From Sphingomonas paucimobilis (lineage in GTDB: Bacteria > Pseudomonadota > Alphaproteobacteria > Sphingomonadales > Sphingomonadaceae): a stretch of DNA of 64,000 nt. Below the pieces are notes generated by a model, which saw only the letters and a list, made by a program, of their open reading frames with translations, was not told where the DNA came from and searched no databases. Within the stretch, counting starts at the first letter, position 1. The number at the start of each line of letters is the position of its first letter. The translations under genes and the position numbers were made by a program. This document shows, piece by piece, positions 1-10,137 of this stretch. The DNA lies in contig CALRNJ020000006.1 in NCBI GenBank assembly GCA_943369475.1, positions 139,630 through 203,629 on the forward strand, given 5' to 3'.

Positions 1-2023
1 CCACGCGGCGTTCGGTGTCGCGGCCGGCGATCGGTAGCGCCGGCTGGAAATCGGCGCGGTGTAGCGCGCCCCAACGCCAGGTGGCGGGGTCCGGGCCGAG
101 CAGCCCGGTCGTTTCGGTAAAGGCGGTGCCCAACGAGCCCAGCAGAACCTCCGCCCGCAGCGCGGCGTGATCGGGACCGAGCAGACTGCCGTCTTCTAGC
201 ACGGGCAGGATGTTGCCGATGCTGGTGCGGCCGAAGTTGCGGCGGGCCGGTTCCGGCACGATGGCTTTCACCGCGCTCACTGGCAGGTGGCGGCTCGCCC
301 AGATTTCATAGAGGGCTGCTGGCGCCGAATCCGGCCCTTCATGGCCATCCCAGCCCGTGAGCAGCGCCAGCGCGGCGCGTTCATTGGCGTCACGGCCAGA
401 AAGCCCTTTCAGCAGCGCTACGGCGCGCCGGGCCATGGGTGATGTGGGGTCATTCTGCAGCGCCATCGCATCGGTGAGGGCGAACTTCGGGTTTGATCCG
501 ATCACTTCGGAAATGCGGGTGATGCGACTGCGGTCTGCCCATTCCAGGCCAAGCAGGTGCGGATAACCGGCGGGAATATTCATCTCGTTTGCGGTGGCGA
601 TCCAGCCTTCGGTCGGGTTGTGCTTCACCGGCATCAATTTAGCGTCGAGCAGTCCGGTCCAGCGATGCGCCTTGCCCGCGGGCACCGGCAGCAGGCCGTC
701 CCCTGCGGCGCGCATCGGTACGAAGCCGCCTGGTGCCCAGCCAATGTCGCCGGCGCGATTGGCAAACAGCAGGTTGAGCGGCGGCGCGCCCCAATGATCG
801 CGGGCGACGAGGAAATCATCCCAGGTTTTCGCCGTCCACGCCCAACTGGCATTGAAATAGGCGGAGGCGCCGGGTCGGGTCCACGTGGCGCGCAGGGCGA
901 AACTGCGGCCGCTCACCGGGTCTTCATGGATGATCGGGCCGTCTTCGGTGAATTTCAGCACCGCCTCGCGCGGGGCTTCACCCTTCACCTCGATGGTTTC
1001 GCGCACTGCGGTGAATTTTGTCGCCTTTGAGTTCACCACCAGATCCTGCTGATCGATAGCAAAGATCGTCAGTGCCCAGGCCACATCCTCGTTGTGGCCG
1101 AAGCTGATGCCGGGCAGCGCCGGTTCGCCTGATCCGGCGATCTTCAGTTCCGGCGTGTCGATGTGGGAGAGGTAACGCAGATTGGGCACGGCGTGAACGC
1201 GGTGTGGATCATTGGCCAATATGGGCCGGCCGGTGGCAGAGCGGGCGGCGCCGATCACCCAGTTGTTGCTGCCTTCCTGGATGTCGGGATCGAGACTGGC
1301 CACCATGATCTTCTGGCCATCGAAGCGCACATCACCGGTGCCAAGCGCGTAATCATCGAGCACGTCGGCCGGAATACTGCACGGATCGAGCCCTTTGGGG
1401 ATGGTGACGCTGTGGGCGGGCGCCAGTTCGCGGCGCAGCGGTTCATACTTGAGGTCGCCGCCGCACAGGGCACGGGCGCGGGCGACTTCGCTGGCGAGAT
1501 TGCTGGCCAGGGCGTTGGACCGGATGCGGACCACGTCATCGGCCTGCCAGCGTTCCGGTCTGGTGTTGGTCGCCTTGAATTCCAGCGGCAGCGGCGCGCG
1601 TCCGGATTCGACATCCGCCACATAGGCGTTGATGCCGGCGGCGAACGCCTCGGTCCAGCCCTTGGCCGCAGCGGGATAGGCCGCCCATTCCGCCGCCATG
1701 TCGCCGCGATAGAGCAGCAGCCGCGCCGCGCGGTCCTGCGTGACGAACTGGGGCCCGAAACTGGCCGACAGCCGGCCCAGACCGCGCTTTCGCCACAGGT
1801 CGATTTGCCACAGCCGGTCCCGCGCCACGGCATAGCCCTGCAGGAAAAAGCCATCGCGGGCATTGGCGGCATAGATGTGCGGGATGCCGGCGCGATCGAT
1901 AACGATCTCGCCGGGCGCGGTGAGGCCGGGCAGCGACCGCGCCTCGGTATACGCACCGGGGGGGGCGTCTTGGGCGGCAGCCGCCGTGGTCAGCAAGAGT
2001 GCGGCGGCGAAAGAGCGGATCAT
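1..2023 (-). CDS. Penicillin acylase family (Ntn-hydrolase) protein, exported; 3' end runs off the window
   Basis: Translated by hand (not in the ORF track). ATG at 2023 overlaps the upstream stop (ATGA). Signal peptide [17 protein letters not shown], then IDRAGIPHIYA...GYAVARDRLWQIDLWRKRGLGRLS, and beta-subunit start GSNNWVIGAARSATGRPILANDPH. Confidence 0.88.
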   Translation of the reverse strand, partial: MIRSFAAALLLTTAAAAQDAPPGAYTEARSLPGLTAPGEIVIDRAGIPHIYAANARDGFFLQGYAVARDRLWQIDLWRKRGLGRLSASFGPQFVTQDRAARLLLYRGDMAAEWAAYPAAAKGWTEAFAAGINAYVADVESGRAPLPLEFKATNTRPERWQADDVVRIRSNALASNLASEVARARALCGGDLKYEPLRRELAPAHSVTIPKGLDPCSIPADVLDDYALGTGDVRFDGQKIMVASLDPDIQEGSNNWVIGAARSATGRPILANDPHRVHAVPNLRYLSHIDTPELKIAGSGEPALPGISFGHNEDVAWALTIFAIDQQDLVVNSKATKFTAVRETIEVKGEAPREAVLKFTEDGPIIHEDPVSGRSFALRATWTRPGASAYFNASWAWTAKTWDDFLVARDHWGAPPLNLLFANRAGDIGWAPGGFVPMRAAGDGLLPVPAGKAHRWTGLLDAKLMPVKHNPTEGWIATANEMNIPAGYPHLLGLEWADRSRITRISEVIGSNPKFALTDAMALQNDPTSPMARRAVALLKGLSGRDANERAALALLTGWDGHEGPDSAPAALYEIWASRHLPVSAVKAIVPEPARRNFGRTSIGNILPVLEDGSLLGPDHAALRAEVLLGSLGTAFTETTGLLGPDPATWRWGALHRADFQPALPIAGRDTERRV

Positions 2024-3765
2024 TCGGCCGCCATCGCTGCCGTGGCCGGCGCCGCCTGCGGCCCACGGATCAGGCTGCCGGGCAGGGCGCCGGTCATCTG
2101 GCCGTTGCGGAACGTCACTTCGCCATTCTTGATCGTGCAGACATAACCGTCGGCCTTTTGCAGCAGGCGCTTGCCACCGGCCGGCAGATCGAAGGCCAGC
2201 CAAGGCTTGCCCAGTTGCAGCCGATCCAGATCGATGATGTTGAAATCAGCGAGATAGCCGGGCGCGATCAGGCCGCGATCGTGAAGGCCATAGAGTTTGG
2301 CGGTATCGTGGCACTGGCGGCGGATGGCGTTCTCCAGGGTCACGGTGCCTCGCGCCCGGTCGCGCACCCAGTGTTGCAGCAGATAGGTCGGGCTGGCGGC
2401 ATCGCAGATGGTTCCGCAATGCGCGCCGCCGTCGGACAGGGAGATCACCGTGTCGTCGCGGTTCAGCAGGCCCTCGACGAAATCGAGATTACCATCGGCA
2501 TAGTTGAGGATTGGGAAATAGATGAAGCCGCTGCCATCGCCGCGGCACAGCAGGTCATAGGTGTATTCGGCCGGGTCCTTGCCTGACGCTGCTGCCATGG
2601 CGGCGATGGTTTCGCTCTGCGTCGGCTCATAATTGAAGCCGTCGCCCATCTCGTAATGCAGCTGCCAGCCCATGGCGACCGCCATTAGCAGCGGTAGCAC
2701 ATCGGTTTCGGGCCAGACATTCTCCTCTGCCAGCAGCTTCGCCTTGAACGCCGGATCAGTGAGATGCCCCCACTGCTCTTCCCATGGCCGCGCCTCAATC
2801 GCCTGCCAGCTGGGCTTGAACTTGAACGGGTGCACCGTGCCGCGCCAAGTCATCAAGATGCCGTTGCCGCGAATGGCGATCTGGGCGACGATGTTGGCGC
2901 CTTCGGCATTGGCGCGGGCGGTCTCGCTCATCTGCTCTTCCCAGGGCAGTTCCTTGGCGATGGATTGCAGCATGGCAAAGGTGACGGGCAGGCCGGTTTC
3001 ACGGCTCATCTCGGCCATCCAGCCGAATTCATCCCACTCCCGGCGTAGGTCGCTGGCCATTTCGAACACGCCGTGGCCCACCTTGCCCATGGCGCGGCCA
3101 ATAGCGATCAGCTCGTCTTTTTCCGCTGTGGTGCCGGGTACCAGTTCGCCGTCGATCGATTTGTGAAGGATGGTGCGGCTGGTGGAGAAACCCAGCGCCC
3201 CGGCCTCGACCCCTTCCGCGACGATCTCGGCCATCTTCGCGATGTCATCTTCCGTTGGCTTCTCGTTGCGCGCGCCGCGCTCGCCCATCACATAGGCGCG
3301 CACGGCACCGTGCGGCACGTGGGTAGCGACATCGATGGTGCGGCGGCGCTCTTCCAGCGCGTCGAGATATTCGGGGAAGGTCTCCCAGTTCCACTTCATG
3401 CCTTCGGCCAGCGCAGTGCCGGGAATATCCTCCACGCCCTCCATCAGGCCGATCAGCCAGTCATGCTTATCGGGTTTGGCCGGCGCGAAACCGACGCCGC
3501 AATTGCCCATCACCACTGTGGTGACGCCGTGCCAAGCCGACGGCGCCATTTCCGAGTCCCAGGTCGCCTGACCGTCATAATGGGTGTGGATGTCGACAAA
3601 GCCGGGGGTGACGATCAGGCCTTTGGCATCAATAACCTCACGGCCGAGCGCGGTGATACTGCCCACCGCGGTGATGTGCCCGCCATCTACCGCGATATCG
3701 CCCGTGAAGCGTGGATTGCCGCTGCCATCAACGATGGTGCCGCCGCGAATGACGAGATCGTGCAT
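2020..3765 (-). CDS. N-acyl-D-amino-acid deacylase family amidohydrolase
   Basis: [16 protein letters not shown] start, [11 protein letters not shown] metal motif, [34 protein letters not shown] supports the start at 3765 rather than 3819. Confidence 0.88.
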   Translation of the reverse strand: MHDLVIRGGTIVDGSGNPRFTGDIAVDGGHITAVGSITALGREVIDAKGLIVTPGFVDIHTHYDGQATWDSEMAPSAWHGVTTVVMGNCGVGFAPAKPDKHDWLIGLMEGVEDIPGTALAEGMKWNWETFPEYLDALEERRRTIDVATHVPHGAVRAYVMGERGARNEKPTEDDIAKMAEIVAEGVEAGALGFSTSRTILHKSIDGELVPGTTAEKDELIAIGRAMGKVGHGVFEMASDLRREWDEFGWMAEMSRETGLPVTFAMLQSIAKELPWEEQMSETARANAEGANIVAQIAIRGNGILMTWRGTVHPFKFKPSWQAIEARPWEEQWGHLTDPAFKAKLLAEENVWPETDVLPLLMAVAMGWQLHYEMGDGFNYEPTQSETIAAMAAASGKDPAEYTYDLLCRGDGSGFIYFPILNYADGNLDFVEGLLNRDDTVISLSDGGAHCGTICDAASPTYLLQHWVRDRARGTVTLENAIRRQCHDTAKLYGLHDRGLIAPGYLADFNIIDLDRLQLGKPWLAFDLPAGGKRLLQKADGYVCTIKNGEVTFRNGQMTGALPGSLIRGPQAAPATAAMAAE

Positions 3766-3840
3766 GATTATGCTCCCCGAATGAGCGGGAGACGATGCCA
3801 CATGCGCAGGTGTGTGCAACCCTGCCGCTTTGCAGCGGGA

Positions 3841-4008
3841 TCAGCCCCGTGGCAGCGTCGCTGCCTGCTCTGCCTGCTGCGGCCGTTCCGGATCGGGCGG
3901 CAGGTGGCCCCAGCGGTCATCGGCCGTCCCTGGCGCGGGCTGGCTCTGCTCCACGCCACAGGCGGTGAGGCAAGCAAGTGCCAGAATCAGCATGCGGGTC
4001 GATTTCAT
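3841..4008 (-). CDS. Small putative lipoprotein (55 aa)
   Basis: MKSTRMLILALACLTAC has a lipobox, followed by a Pro/Gln-rich tail. It is the C-terminal part of ORF 3841..4320. Confidence 0.5.
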   Translation of the reverse strand: MKSTRMLILALACLTACGVEQSQPAPGTADDRWGHLPPDPERPQQAEQAATLPRG

Positions 4009-4183
4009 GGAACCCAATGTGGGCAAACATGACATTTTCGCAAGGGGGGAATGGCTCAGCCGGCATGGTGATCGCGGCGTAACCGGATCGCGGACCGGTG
4101 CGAACCCTGCGCCAAGACTGCAATGAAACCGCAACATGGCCGCTTCATTGCGCCAGCAGGGCAACGGCGTTAAGGCGCAAGGC

Positions 4184-5557
4184 ATGAGCAACAAGGTGAC
4201 TTCCGCCGGCGATGACGCGATCATCGAAACGCGCGACCAGCTGATTTCGGTGTTCGCCGACGGTGCCAAGCCGCGCGACGCTTGGCGCATCGGCACCGAG
4301 CACGAGAAGTTCGTGTTCAAGACCGATGATCACCGCGCGCCTTCCTACACGGAGCCTGGCGGTATTCGCGATCTGTTGATGGCGATGACGCGCTATGGCT
4401 GGGAACCGATCCTGGAAGGCGGCAACGTCATTGCGCTGAAAGGCGCGGACGGCAACATCAGCCTTGAACCGGCCGGCCAGTTCGAGCTTTCGGGCGCACC
4501 GCTGGAAAATCTGCACCAGACTTGCGCGGAATCGAACCGCCACCTCAAGCAATGCCGCGAGCTTGGTGCCGAATTGGGCCTGGGTTTCCTCGGCCTCGGC
4601 TTCTGGCCAGACAAGACGCGCGCCGAGCTGCCGATCATGCCCAAGGGCCGGTATGACATCATGTTGCGTCACATGCCGCGCGTCGGCAGCCTTGGCCTCG
4701 ACATGATGTTGCGCACCTGCACCATCCAGACCAATCTGGATTATGGCAGCGAAGCCGACATGGCGCAGAAATTCCGGGTGAGCCTGGCGCTGCAGCCGAT
4801 CGCCACCGCGCTGTTCGCCAATTCGCCGTTCACGGAAAGCAAGCCGAACGGCTTCAAGTCGTTCCGCAGCCATATCTGGACCGACACTGATCCGGCCCGC
4901 ACCGGCATCCTGCCCTTCGTGTTCGAAAATGGTTTCAGCTACGAACACTATGTCGATTACGCGCTCGATGTGCCGATGTACTTTGTCTATCGCGACGGCA
5001 GATATATCGACGCGGCGGGCCTGAGCTTCCGCGATTTCCTTGTCGGCAAATTGTCAGTGCTGCCCGGTGAGCAGCCGCGGCTGGGTGATTGGAAGGATCA
5101 CCTGTCCACCGCCTTCCCTGAAGTGCGGATGAAGGGCTATCTCGAAATGCGCGGCGCCGATGGCGGGCGCTGGGATCGCATCTGTGCGCTGCCGGCGCTC
5201 TGGGTCGGCCTGCTGTATGATCAAACCGCGCTGGATGCGGCGTGGGATCTGGTCAAGCATTGGACGCCGGAGGATCATGATCGCCTGCGCCGCGAAGTGC
5301 CGGCGCTGGCTTTGGGCGCGGCCAGCCCCAATGGTGGCACCCTTAAGCGTCTGGCGGCTGAAGTGCTGAAGATCGCCGATGCCGGCCTTGCCGCCCGCGC
5401 CCGGTTGAATAACGCCGGCGATACCGAGCAGGGCTTCCTCAATCCGCTGCGCGAGATTGTCGCCAGTGGCATGACAACGGCCGATCGGCTGCTGGCGCTC
5501 TACAACGGGCCATGGGGCGGCGATATCAGCCGCGTGTATGAAACCGAGGCCTATTGA
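4184..5557 (+). CDS. gshA: Glutamate--cysteine ligase (alphaproteobacterial/plant type)
   Basis: IGTEHEKF, ISLEPAGQFELSG, MMLRTCTIQTNLD, TAFPEVRMKGYLEMRGADGG motifs. Confidence 0.93.
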   Translation: MSNKVTSAGDDAIIETRDQLISVFADGAKPRDAWRIGTEHEKFVFKTDDHRAPSYTEPGGIRDLLMAMTRYGWEPILEGGNVIALKGADGNISLEPAGQFELSGAPLENLHQTCAESNRHLKQCRELGAELGLGFLGLGFWPDKTRAELPIMPKGRYDIMLRHMPRVGSLGLDMMLRTCTIQTNLDYGSEADMAQKFRVSLALQPIATALFANSPFTESKPNGFKSFRSHIWTDTDPARTGILPFVFENGFSYEHYVDYALDVPMYFVYRDGRYIDAAGLSFRDFLVGKLSVLPGEQPRLGDWKDHLSTAFPEVRMKGYLEMRGADGGRWDRICALPALWVGLLYDQTALDAAWDLVKHWTPEDHDRLRREVPALALGAASPNGGTLKRLAAEVLKIADAGLAARARLNNAGDTEQGFLNPLREIVASGMTTADRLLALYNGPWGGDISRVYETEAY

Positions 5558-5708
5558 TCGCAACCTCTGTGGCAGGCGGGACACAATGTAACCCTCGTGT
5601 AATTTTCCCACTTGATTACCGCGATTATTGAACAGACACTCCGAACATGACGATCGGCGCCAGCCCGATTTGGGACACAGGCAGACGTCAAGCTTGGGGA
5701 GGTCGTTC

Positions 5709-8684
5709 ATGACTGGGTTTGGTCTGCGCTCGGGTTGCGCGTTGGTGGCATTGGCTTGCGGCATGGCAGCGGGTGGTGCCGCATCCGCACAAACGGCGGC
5801 GGCCAATGCAGCTGAAGACATTGAAATCATCGTCACCGGCAGCTTCATTCGTGGCACTCGCGAAGATGCTGCTGTGCCGGTGGACGTGTTCACCGCCGAC
5901 GATCTTAACAAGCAGGGCATCAGTTCGCCGCTTGAATTCATCAAGCAGTTGCCTTCGGTTGGCGCGGCGCTGGGCGATACCAACCAGTTTTCCACCTCGG
6001 CACAAGGCTTTCAAGGCAATGGCTCGCTGAACCTTCGTGGACTTGGCCCGACACGCACGCTGGTACTGTTTAACGGTCGCCGTACGGTCCTGGCGCCGGG
6101 TGACGGCTTTGCTGATACCAACCTCATCCCGATCTTCGCACTGCAAAATGTCGAAATCCTCAAGGATGGGGCCGCCGCCACTTATGGTTCCGATGCCATT
6201 GCCGGGGTGGCCAATTTCGTTACCCGCCGCAATTTCAACGGCGCCATCTTCCAGGGTGATTTCGATTCCATCGAAGGTTCACGCGGCAACTGGACCGGAT
6301 CGGTTCTGGTCGGTCAGACTTTCGGCAAGATCAATCTGATGGCCGGCGCCGGCTGGCAGCATCGTTCGACCCTGCCCAGCTTTTCGCGCGATTTCAGCCG
6401 GACGCCTTATGAAACCAACCCATCAGCTTGGTCGGTGCTTGCCACACCTGGGACGTTTGGCGCGACCTATCTGAACAACGGCGTGCCGGCGACCACGATC
6501 GTCCGTGATGGCGGTACCACCGCCTGCCCCGGCGTCGGCGGCGTGAACGACACGACGGGCCCTGGCGGCACCGGATTGCCGATCTGTCGGTTCAGCTTCC
6601 TGCCGTGGAACAACATCATCGAAGAGGAAGACCGCTATCAAGGCTATTTGCAAGCCGATATCGATCTGTCTGACCGTACCAAGGTCCATTTGGAATTCAC
6701 CTACGCGCAAACCGATACGACCGTTGGCCAGTCGCCATCGTTCCCGCCAACCCAGGGCCCGCGCGGTTCGGGTTCCACCAGTGCTTTCACTGTCAGCCCC
6801 AACAATCCGGGCGTGCCGGCCTTCCTCGCCCAGAACGGCTTGCTGCCTGGCACGGCGGCACGACCGCTTGCCGCGATCACTGCTGTGCTGTGGCGGCCGT
6901 TTGGCTGGCTGGGCAATCCGTCCGAGCCCGTGCGCGGCGCCGGCCTCGGTAGCGCTGAAAACAAGAGCTATCGGTTCTCTGGCACGGTGGACCAGGAATT
7001 CACTGACAATTTCCGCGCGCAATTTTCTGGCACCTACTGGCGATCGGAGCGTGAAGCCTTCTCGCGTGATATGGTCGGTTCCCGCTTGCAGAACGCGCTC
7101 AATGGCCTTGGCGGACCGAACTGCAATGTTGCTGCCAACACGCCGGGGCAGAATGGCTGCCAATGGTTCAACCCGTTCATCAATGCCGGCCAGCCGGTTT
7201 CAATCCAGAACCTGACCAACCCCAACTTCGTGGCTGGTGCGTCAAATTCGGTTGAATTGATCAATTTCATCCAGCCAAACAATGGCACCCGCCAGGTTGA
7301 AGAGCAGTTTGTGGTTGATGCCATCTTCTCGGGCGAAACCGGCATCGATCTGGGCGGTGGCCCCATCGCCTACGCTTTTGGTGCCCAATATCGCCGCAAT
7401 GAATGGAGCACCCGGCCGCTCGGGCCGGAGTCCGATTTGAACGTCAATCCCTGCTTCCGCGAAGGTGATCGCAGCTGCGTCGGCACGCCGATCGAAGGCG
7501 TCGGATCGTTTATATTCCTTGGCGGTTCGCGCGCCGAAAAGGTGCAGCAGAACGTGAAAGCGGTCTTCGCCGAAGTAAAGATCCCGATCACCGATCGGCT
7601 GGAATTCACCGGCGCTGCCCGGTTCGAAGATTACGGCGGCTCGGTCGGTTCCACCTTCAACCCCAAGGGTTCGGTGCGCTGGAACCCCACCGACTGGTTG
7701 GTGCTGCGCGGATCGGCGGGCACGACCTTCCGCGGGCCTTTGGCCAACCAGGTGGTCAACAATCAGATCACCACGCTGGCCGGCATCCAGGCCGCAGCCA
7801 ACAACTTCAAGTCCGTTGATATCTTCGGTAACCCCAACGATCTGGGCCCGGAAACCGCCTTCACCTACAACGTTGGCGCGGTAATCAACACCTCCGGCTT
7901 CACCGTGTCGGTCGATTACTGGGGCTTCGACGTGAAGGATCGGATCACCACGACTCCGGGTCAAGCCATCGCAACATCGGTTGCGAGCGGTGCGCTGGCT
8001 CCGAACAACACCCGCTTTGCCAATTGCAGCAGCGTGTTTGCCAACCTGATCACCTTCCAGGGTGGCGGCTGTGTTCAGGGTACCACCACCGGCCTCGACA
8101 TCAGCCGCGTCCGGACCGATTGGGTGAACGGCCCTGGTATCAAGACTAGCGGGATCGACTTGGCGTTCGATTACAAGACCGATCTGGCCGGTGGTAAACT
8201 GAACATCGGTGCCCAGGCCAGCGTGGTGCTGGACTTCACCTTCGATGATTTTGTCTTCCGCGGCGTGCTTGTGCAGGCTGGTTATCAAGCCAAGGGCTTC
8301 ACCAACTATTTCCGTGATCCGCTCACCGTGTCGCCCCTGCGCGCTACTGGTTGGATCAACTATGCCACTGGCGGCCTGAACGTTCGTTATCAGGCGCGGT
8401 ATGTTGGCGGCGTGGATGACGATCGCTGCGTTGGCCTGGCAAACTGTGCCAGCACCAACTTTGGCCCGACCAATTTCGGTGCCGTTGTGAAGAGTTTCAC
8501 GCAGCACGACATCAACATCCAGTATGATCTGCCGATCAGCGCTGTGCAGACACAGCTGCAATTCGGTATCGACAACTTCACCAACGCTGCCCCGCCGGCA
8601 TCGCGGCTGGAGCTGTCCTATGATCCGTTCATCGGCAATCCGCTCGGCCGGGTCTTCCGCTTTGGTCTGCGGGTGATCATCTGA
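5709..8684 (+). CDS. TonB-dependent receptor
   Basis: Signal peptide, TonB box (EDIEIIVTGS), plug motifs NLRGLGPTRTLVLFNGRR and VEILKDGAAATYGSDAIAGVANF, beta-strand-rich C-terminus. GGAGG SD precedes ATG 5709. Confidence 0.93.
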   Translation: MTGFGLRSGCALVALACGMAAGGAASAQTAAANAAEDIEIIVTGSFIRGTREDAAVPVDVFTADDLNKQGISSPLEFIKQLPSVGAALGDTNQFSTSAQGFQGNGSLNLRGLGPTRTLVLFNGRRTVLAPGDGFADTNLIPIFALQNVEILKDGAAATYGSDAIAGVANFVTRRNFNGAIFQGDFDSIEGSRGNWTGSVLVGQTFGKINLMAGAGWQHRSTLPSFSRDFSRTPYETNPSAWSVLATPGTFGATYLNNGVPATTIVRDGGTTACPGVGGVNDTTGPGGTGLPICRFSFLPWNNIIEEEDRYQGYLQADIDLSDRTKVHLEFTYAQTDTTVGQSPSFPPTQGPRGSGSTSAFTVSPNNPGVPAFLAQNGLLPGTAARPLAAITAVLWRPFGWLGNPSEPVRGAGLGSAENKSYRFSGTVDQEFTDNFRAQFSGTYWRSEREAFSRDMVGSRLQNALNGLGGPNCNVAANTPGQNGCQWFNPFINAGQPVSIQNLTNPNFVAGASNSVELINFIQPNNGTRQVEEQFVVDAIFSGETGIDLGGGPIAYAFGAQYRRNEWSTRPLGPESDLNVNPCFREGDRSCVGTPIEGVGSFIFLGGSRAEKVQQNVKAVFAEVKIPITDRLEFTGAARFEDYGGSVGSTFNPKGSVRWNPTDWLVLRGSAGTTFRGPLANQVVNNQITTLAGIQAAANNFKSVDIFGNPNDLGPETAFTYNVGAVINTSGFTVSVDYWGFDVKDRITTTPGQAIATSVASGALAPNNTRFANCSSVFANLITFQGGGCVQGTTTGLDISRVRTDWVNGPGIKTSGIDLAFDYKTDLAGGKLNIGAQASVVLDFTFDDFVFRGVLVQAGYQAKGFTNYFRDPLTVSPLRATGWINYATGGLNVRYQARYVGGVDDDRCVGLANCASTNFGPTNFGAVVKSFTQHDINIQYDLPISAVQTQLQFGIDNFTNAAPPASRLELSYDPFIGNPLGRVFRFGLRVII

Positions 8685-8690
8685 TTGCTG

Positions 8691-8733
8691 GCGCGCGGCG
8701 GGGGTTGCAATTTCCCCGCCGCGCGCTGGTTTT
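8691..8733. terminator. Intrinsic terminator hairpin between convergent genes
   Basis: 13-bp stem gcgcgcggcgggg / ccccgccgcgcgc followed by tggtttt. Confidence 0.7.
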
Positions 8734-9112
8734 AACCCGCGGTCTGGCGGGCGTAATCATCGGTATCGAACCAGCCGCGCGATCCGGAGATCAAGCCGTC
8801 GCTGCCGATTTTCCACTCTTCCCATCCGGCAACTGAAACCCGCTTGGCGCTGGGCGCGTGGGTGCCGGTGAAGGACCAAAGATAGATGGCCGTGCGGCCA
8901 GCTGCGCGAACGCCGTCACAGCGCAGCTCCATATCGGGAATGTCGGTCAAGAATCCAGCGGCCATTTCGGCCACGCCGGCGCGGCCTTGCCAGAGCGGAC
9001 CATCATTGATGCTGATGCCGCCATCAGTCGTGTAGTGTTGCGCCACGGCCTCTGGGTGGCCGCTGTTCCACGACGCGGTGTAGGCCGCAGCGAGCGCAGC
9101 GATATCGCTCAC
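8732..9112 (-). CDS. SnoaL/NTF2-like family protein
   Basis: GTG at 9112 overlaps the rlmB stop (GTGA). AAAYTASWNSGHPEAVAQHYTTDG...YLWSFTGTH...GWEEW pattern. Confidence 0.7.
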   Translation of the reverse strand: MSDIAALAAAYTASWNSGHPEAVAQHYTTDGGISINDGPLWQGRAGVAEMAAGFLTDIPDMELRCDGVRAAGRTAIYLWSFTGTHAPSAKRVSVAGWEEWKIGSDGLISGSRGWFDTDDYARQTAG

Positions 9113-9864
9113 AGGCCTCGCCGGGCGCAAGCATAAAGCGCTATGGCGCCCGCGTTCGACACGTTCAGGCTTTCCACGCCGCTGATCGGCAGCCGGGCGA
9201 GCTGATCGCAATTCTCGATGGTCAGGTGGCGCAGGCCTTCGCCCTCGCTGCCCAGCACAAGGGCCGGCTGGCTCTTGCCCAGCGCCGATTCCAGCGTGTC
9301 GGGCGCGTTGCCGTCCAGCGCGATGCGCCAGAAGCCGGCATCGCCGATTTCGCCCAACGCGCGGGCCAGATTTACTGTCCGCACCCATGGCAATTGCTCC
9401 AGCGCGCCGCTGGCGCTGCGGGCGAGCACGCCTGATTCGGCAGGGCTGTGACGATCTTGGGTTACGATGGCGCGCGCATTGAAGGCGAGCGCCGATCGCA
9501 TCAAGGCGCCGACATTGTGCGGATCGGTCACCTGGTCGAGCACGATTATTGGACGGTTGCCGCCATCATCGGCCTGCTTCAGGATGTCGCCCAGCCAGAC
9601 ATTTTCCAGCGGTTCCACTTCCAGCACGAAACCTTGGTGCGGGGCATCCGCCGGACACAGTCGGCCCAGATCATGATCGTCGCCGATCTGCACCTGCAGA
9701 CCTTGCGGGATCACGATGGTCTTGGCGGTTGCCGGGGTCAGCCACAGTTTGCGGAAACTGCGCTCAGGATTATCGAGCGCGGCAAATACCGCGTGGCGGC
9801 CATAAAGGCGCGGGAAGGGGCTTTTCTGGCCCAGTTGGTTCTTGGGGTGCGGACGGCGGCCCAT
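9109..9864 (-). CDS. rlmB: 23S rRNA (guanosine-2'-O)-methyltransferase, TrmH/SpoU family
   Basis: LYGRHAVFAAL, HQG, IIVLDQVTDPHNVGALMRSA, LVLGSEGEGL, ESLNVSNA SPOUT motifs. Confidence 0.9.
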   Translation of the reverse strand: MGRRPHPKNQLGQKSPFPRLYGRHAVFAALDNPERSFRKLWLTPATAKTIVIPQGLQVQIGDDHDLGRLCPADAPHQGFVLEVEPLENVWLGDILKQADDGGNRPIIVLDQVTDPHNVGALMRSALAFNARAIVTQDRHSPAESGVLARSASGALEQLPWVRTVNLARALGEIGDAGFWRIALDGNAPDTLESALGKSQPALVLGSEGEGLRHLTIENCDQLARLPISGVESLNVSNAGAIALYACARRGL

Positions 9865-9950
9865 GGCAATCTTCCGGTAAATGAAACGTCGCTGCCATAG
9901 TCGCGATCAGCGTTATTTGCCACGAACATTGCAGGGAAAGGCCCGACAGG

Positions 9951-10037
9951 TGGTGGAGGGGGTTGGATTTGAACCAACGTAGGGTGAAACCCGGCAGATT
10001 TACAGTCTGCTGCCATTGACCGCTCGGCCACCCCTCC
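9951..10037 (-). tRNA. tRNA-Tyr (GTA)
   Basis: Minus strand GGAGGGGTGGCCGAGCGG...AGACTGTAAATCT...GGTTCAAATCC...CCA, with a long variable arm. Confidence 0.96.
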
Positions 10038-10071
10038 ACAGCCGCCAAAAGCGGACCTATCGGGAGGCGGC

Positions 10072-10100
10072 CTAGTGCGTCAGCGCCGCGCGGCTGTCAA
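10072..10100 (-). promoter_or_regulatory. Sigma70-type promoter for tRNA-Tyr
   Basis: Minus strand TTGACA-N17-CACTAG followed by a GC-rich stretch. Confidence 0.55.
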
Positions 10101-10137
10101 CGCCCCTTTTCCGAATCCGGGTGGACAGCGTGCTGCA

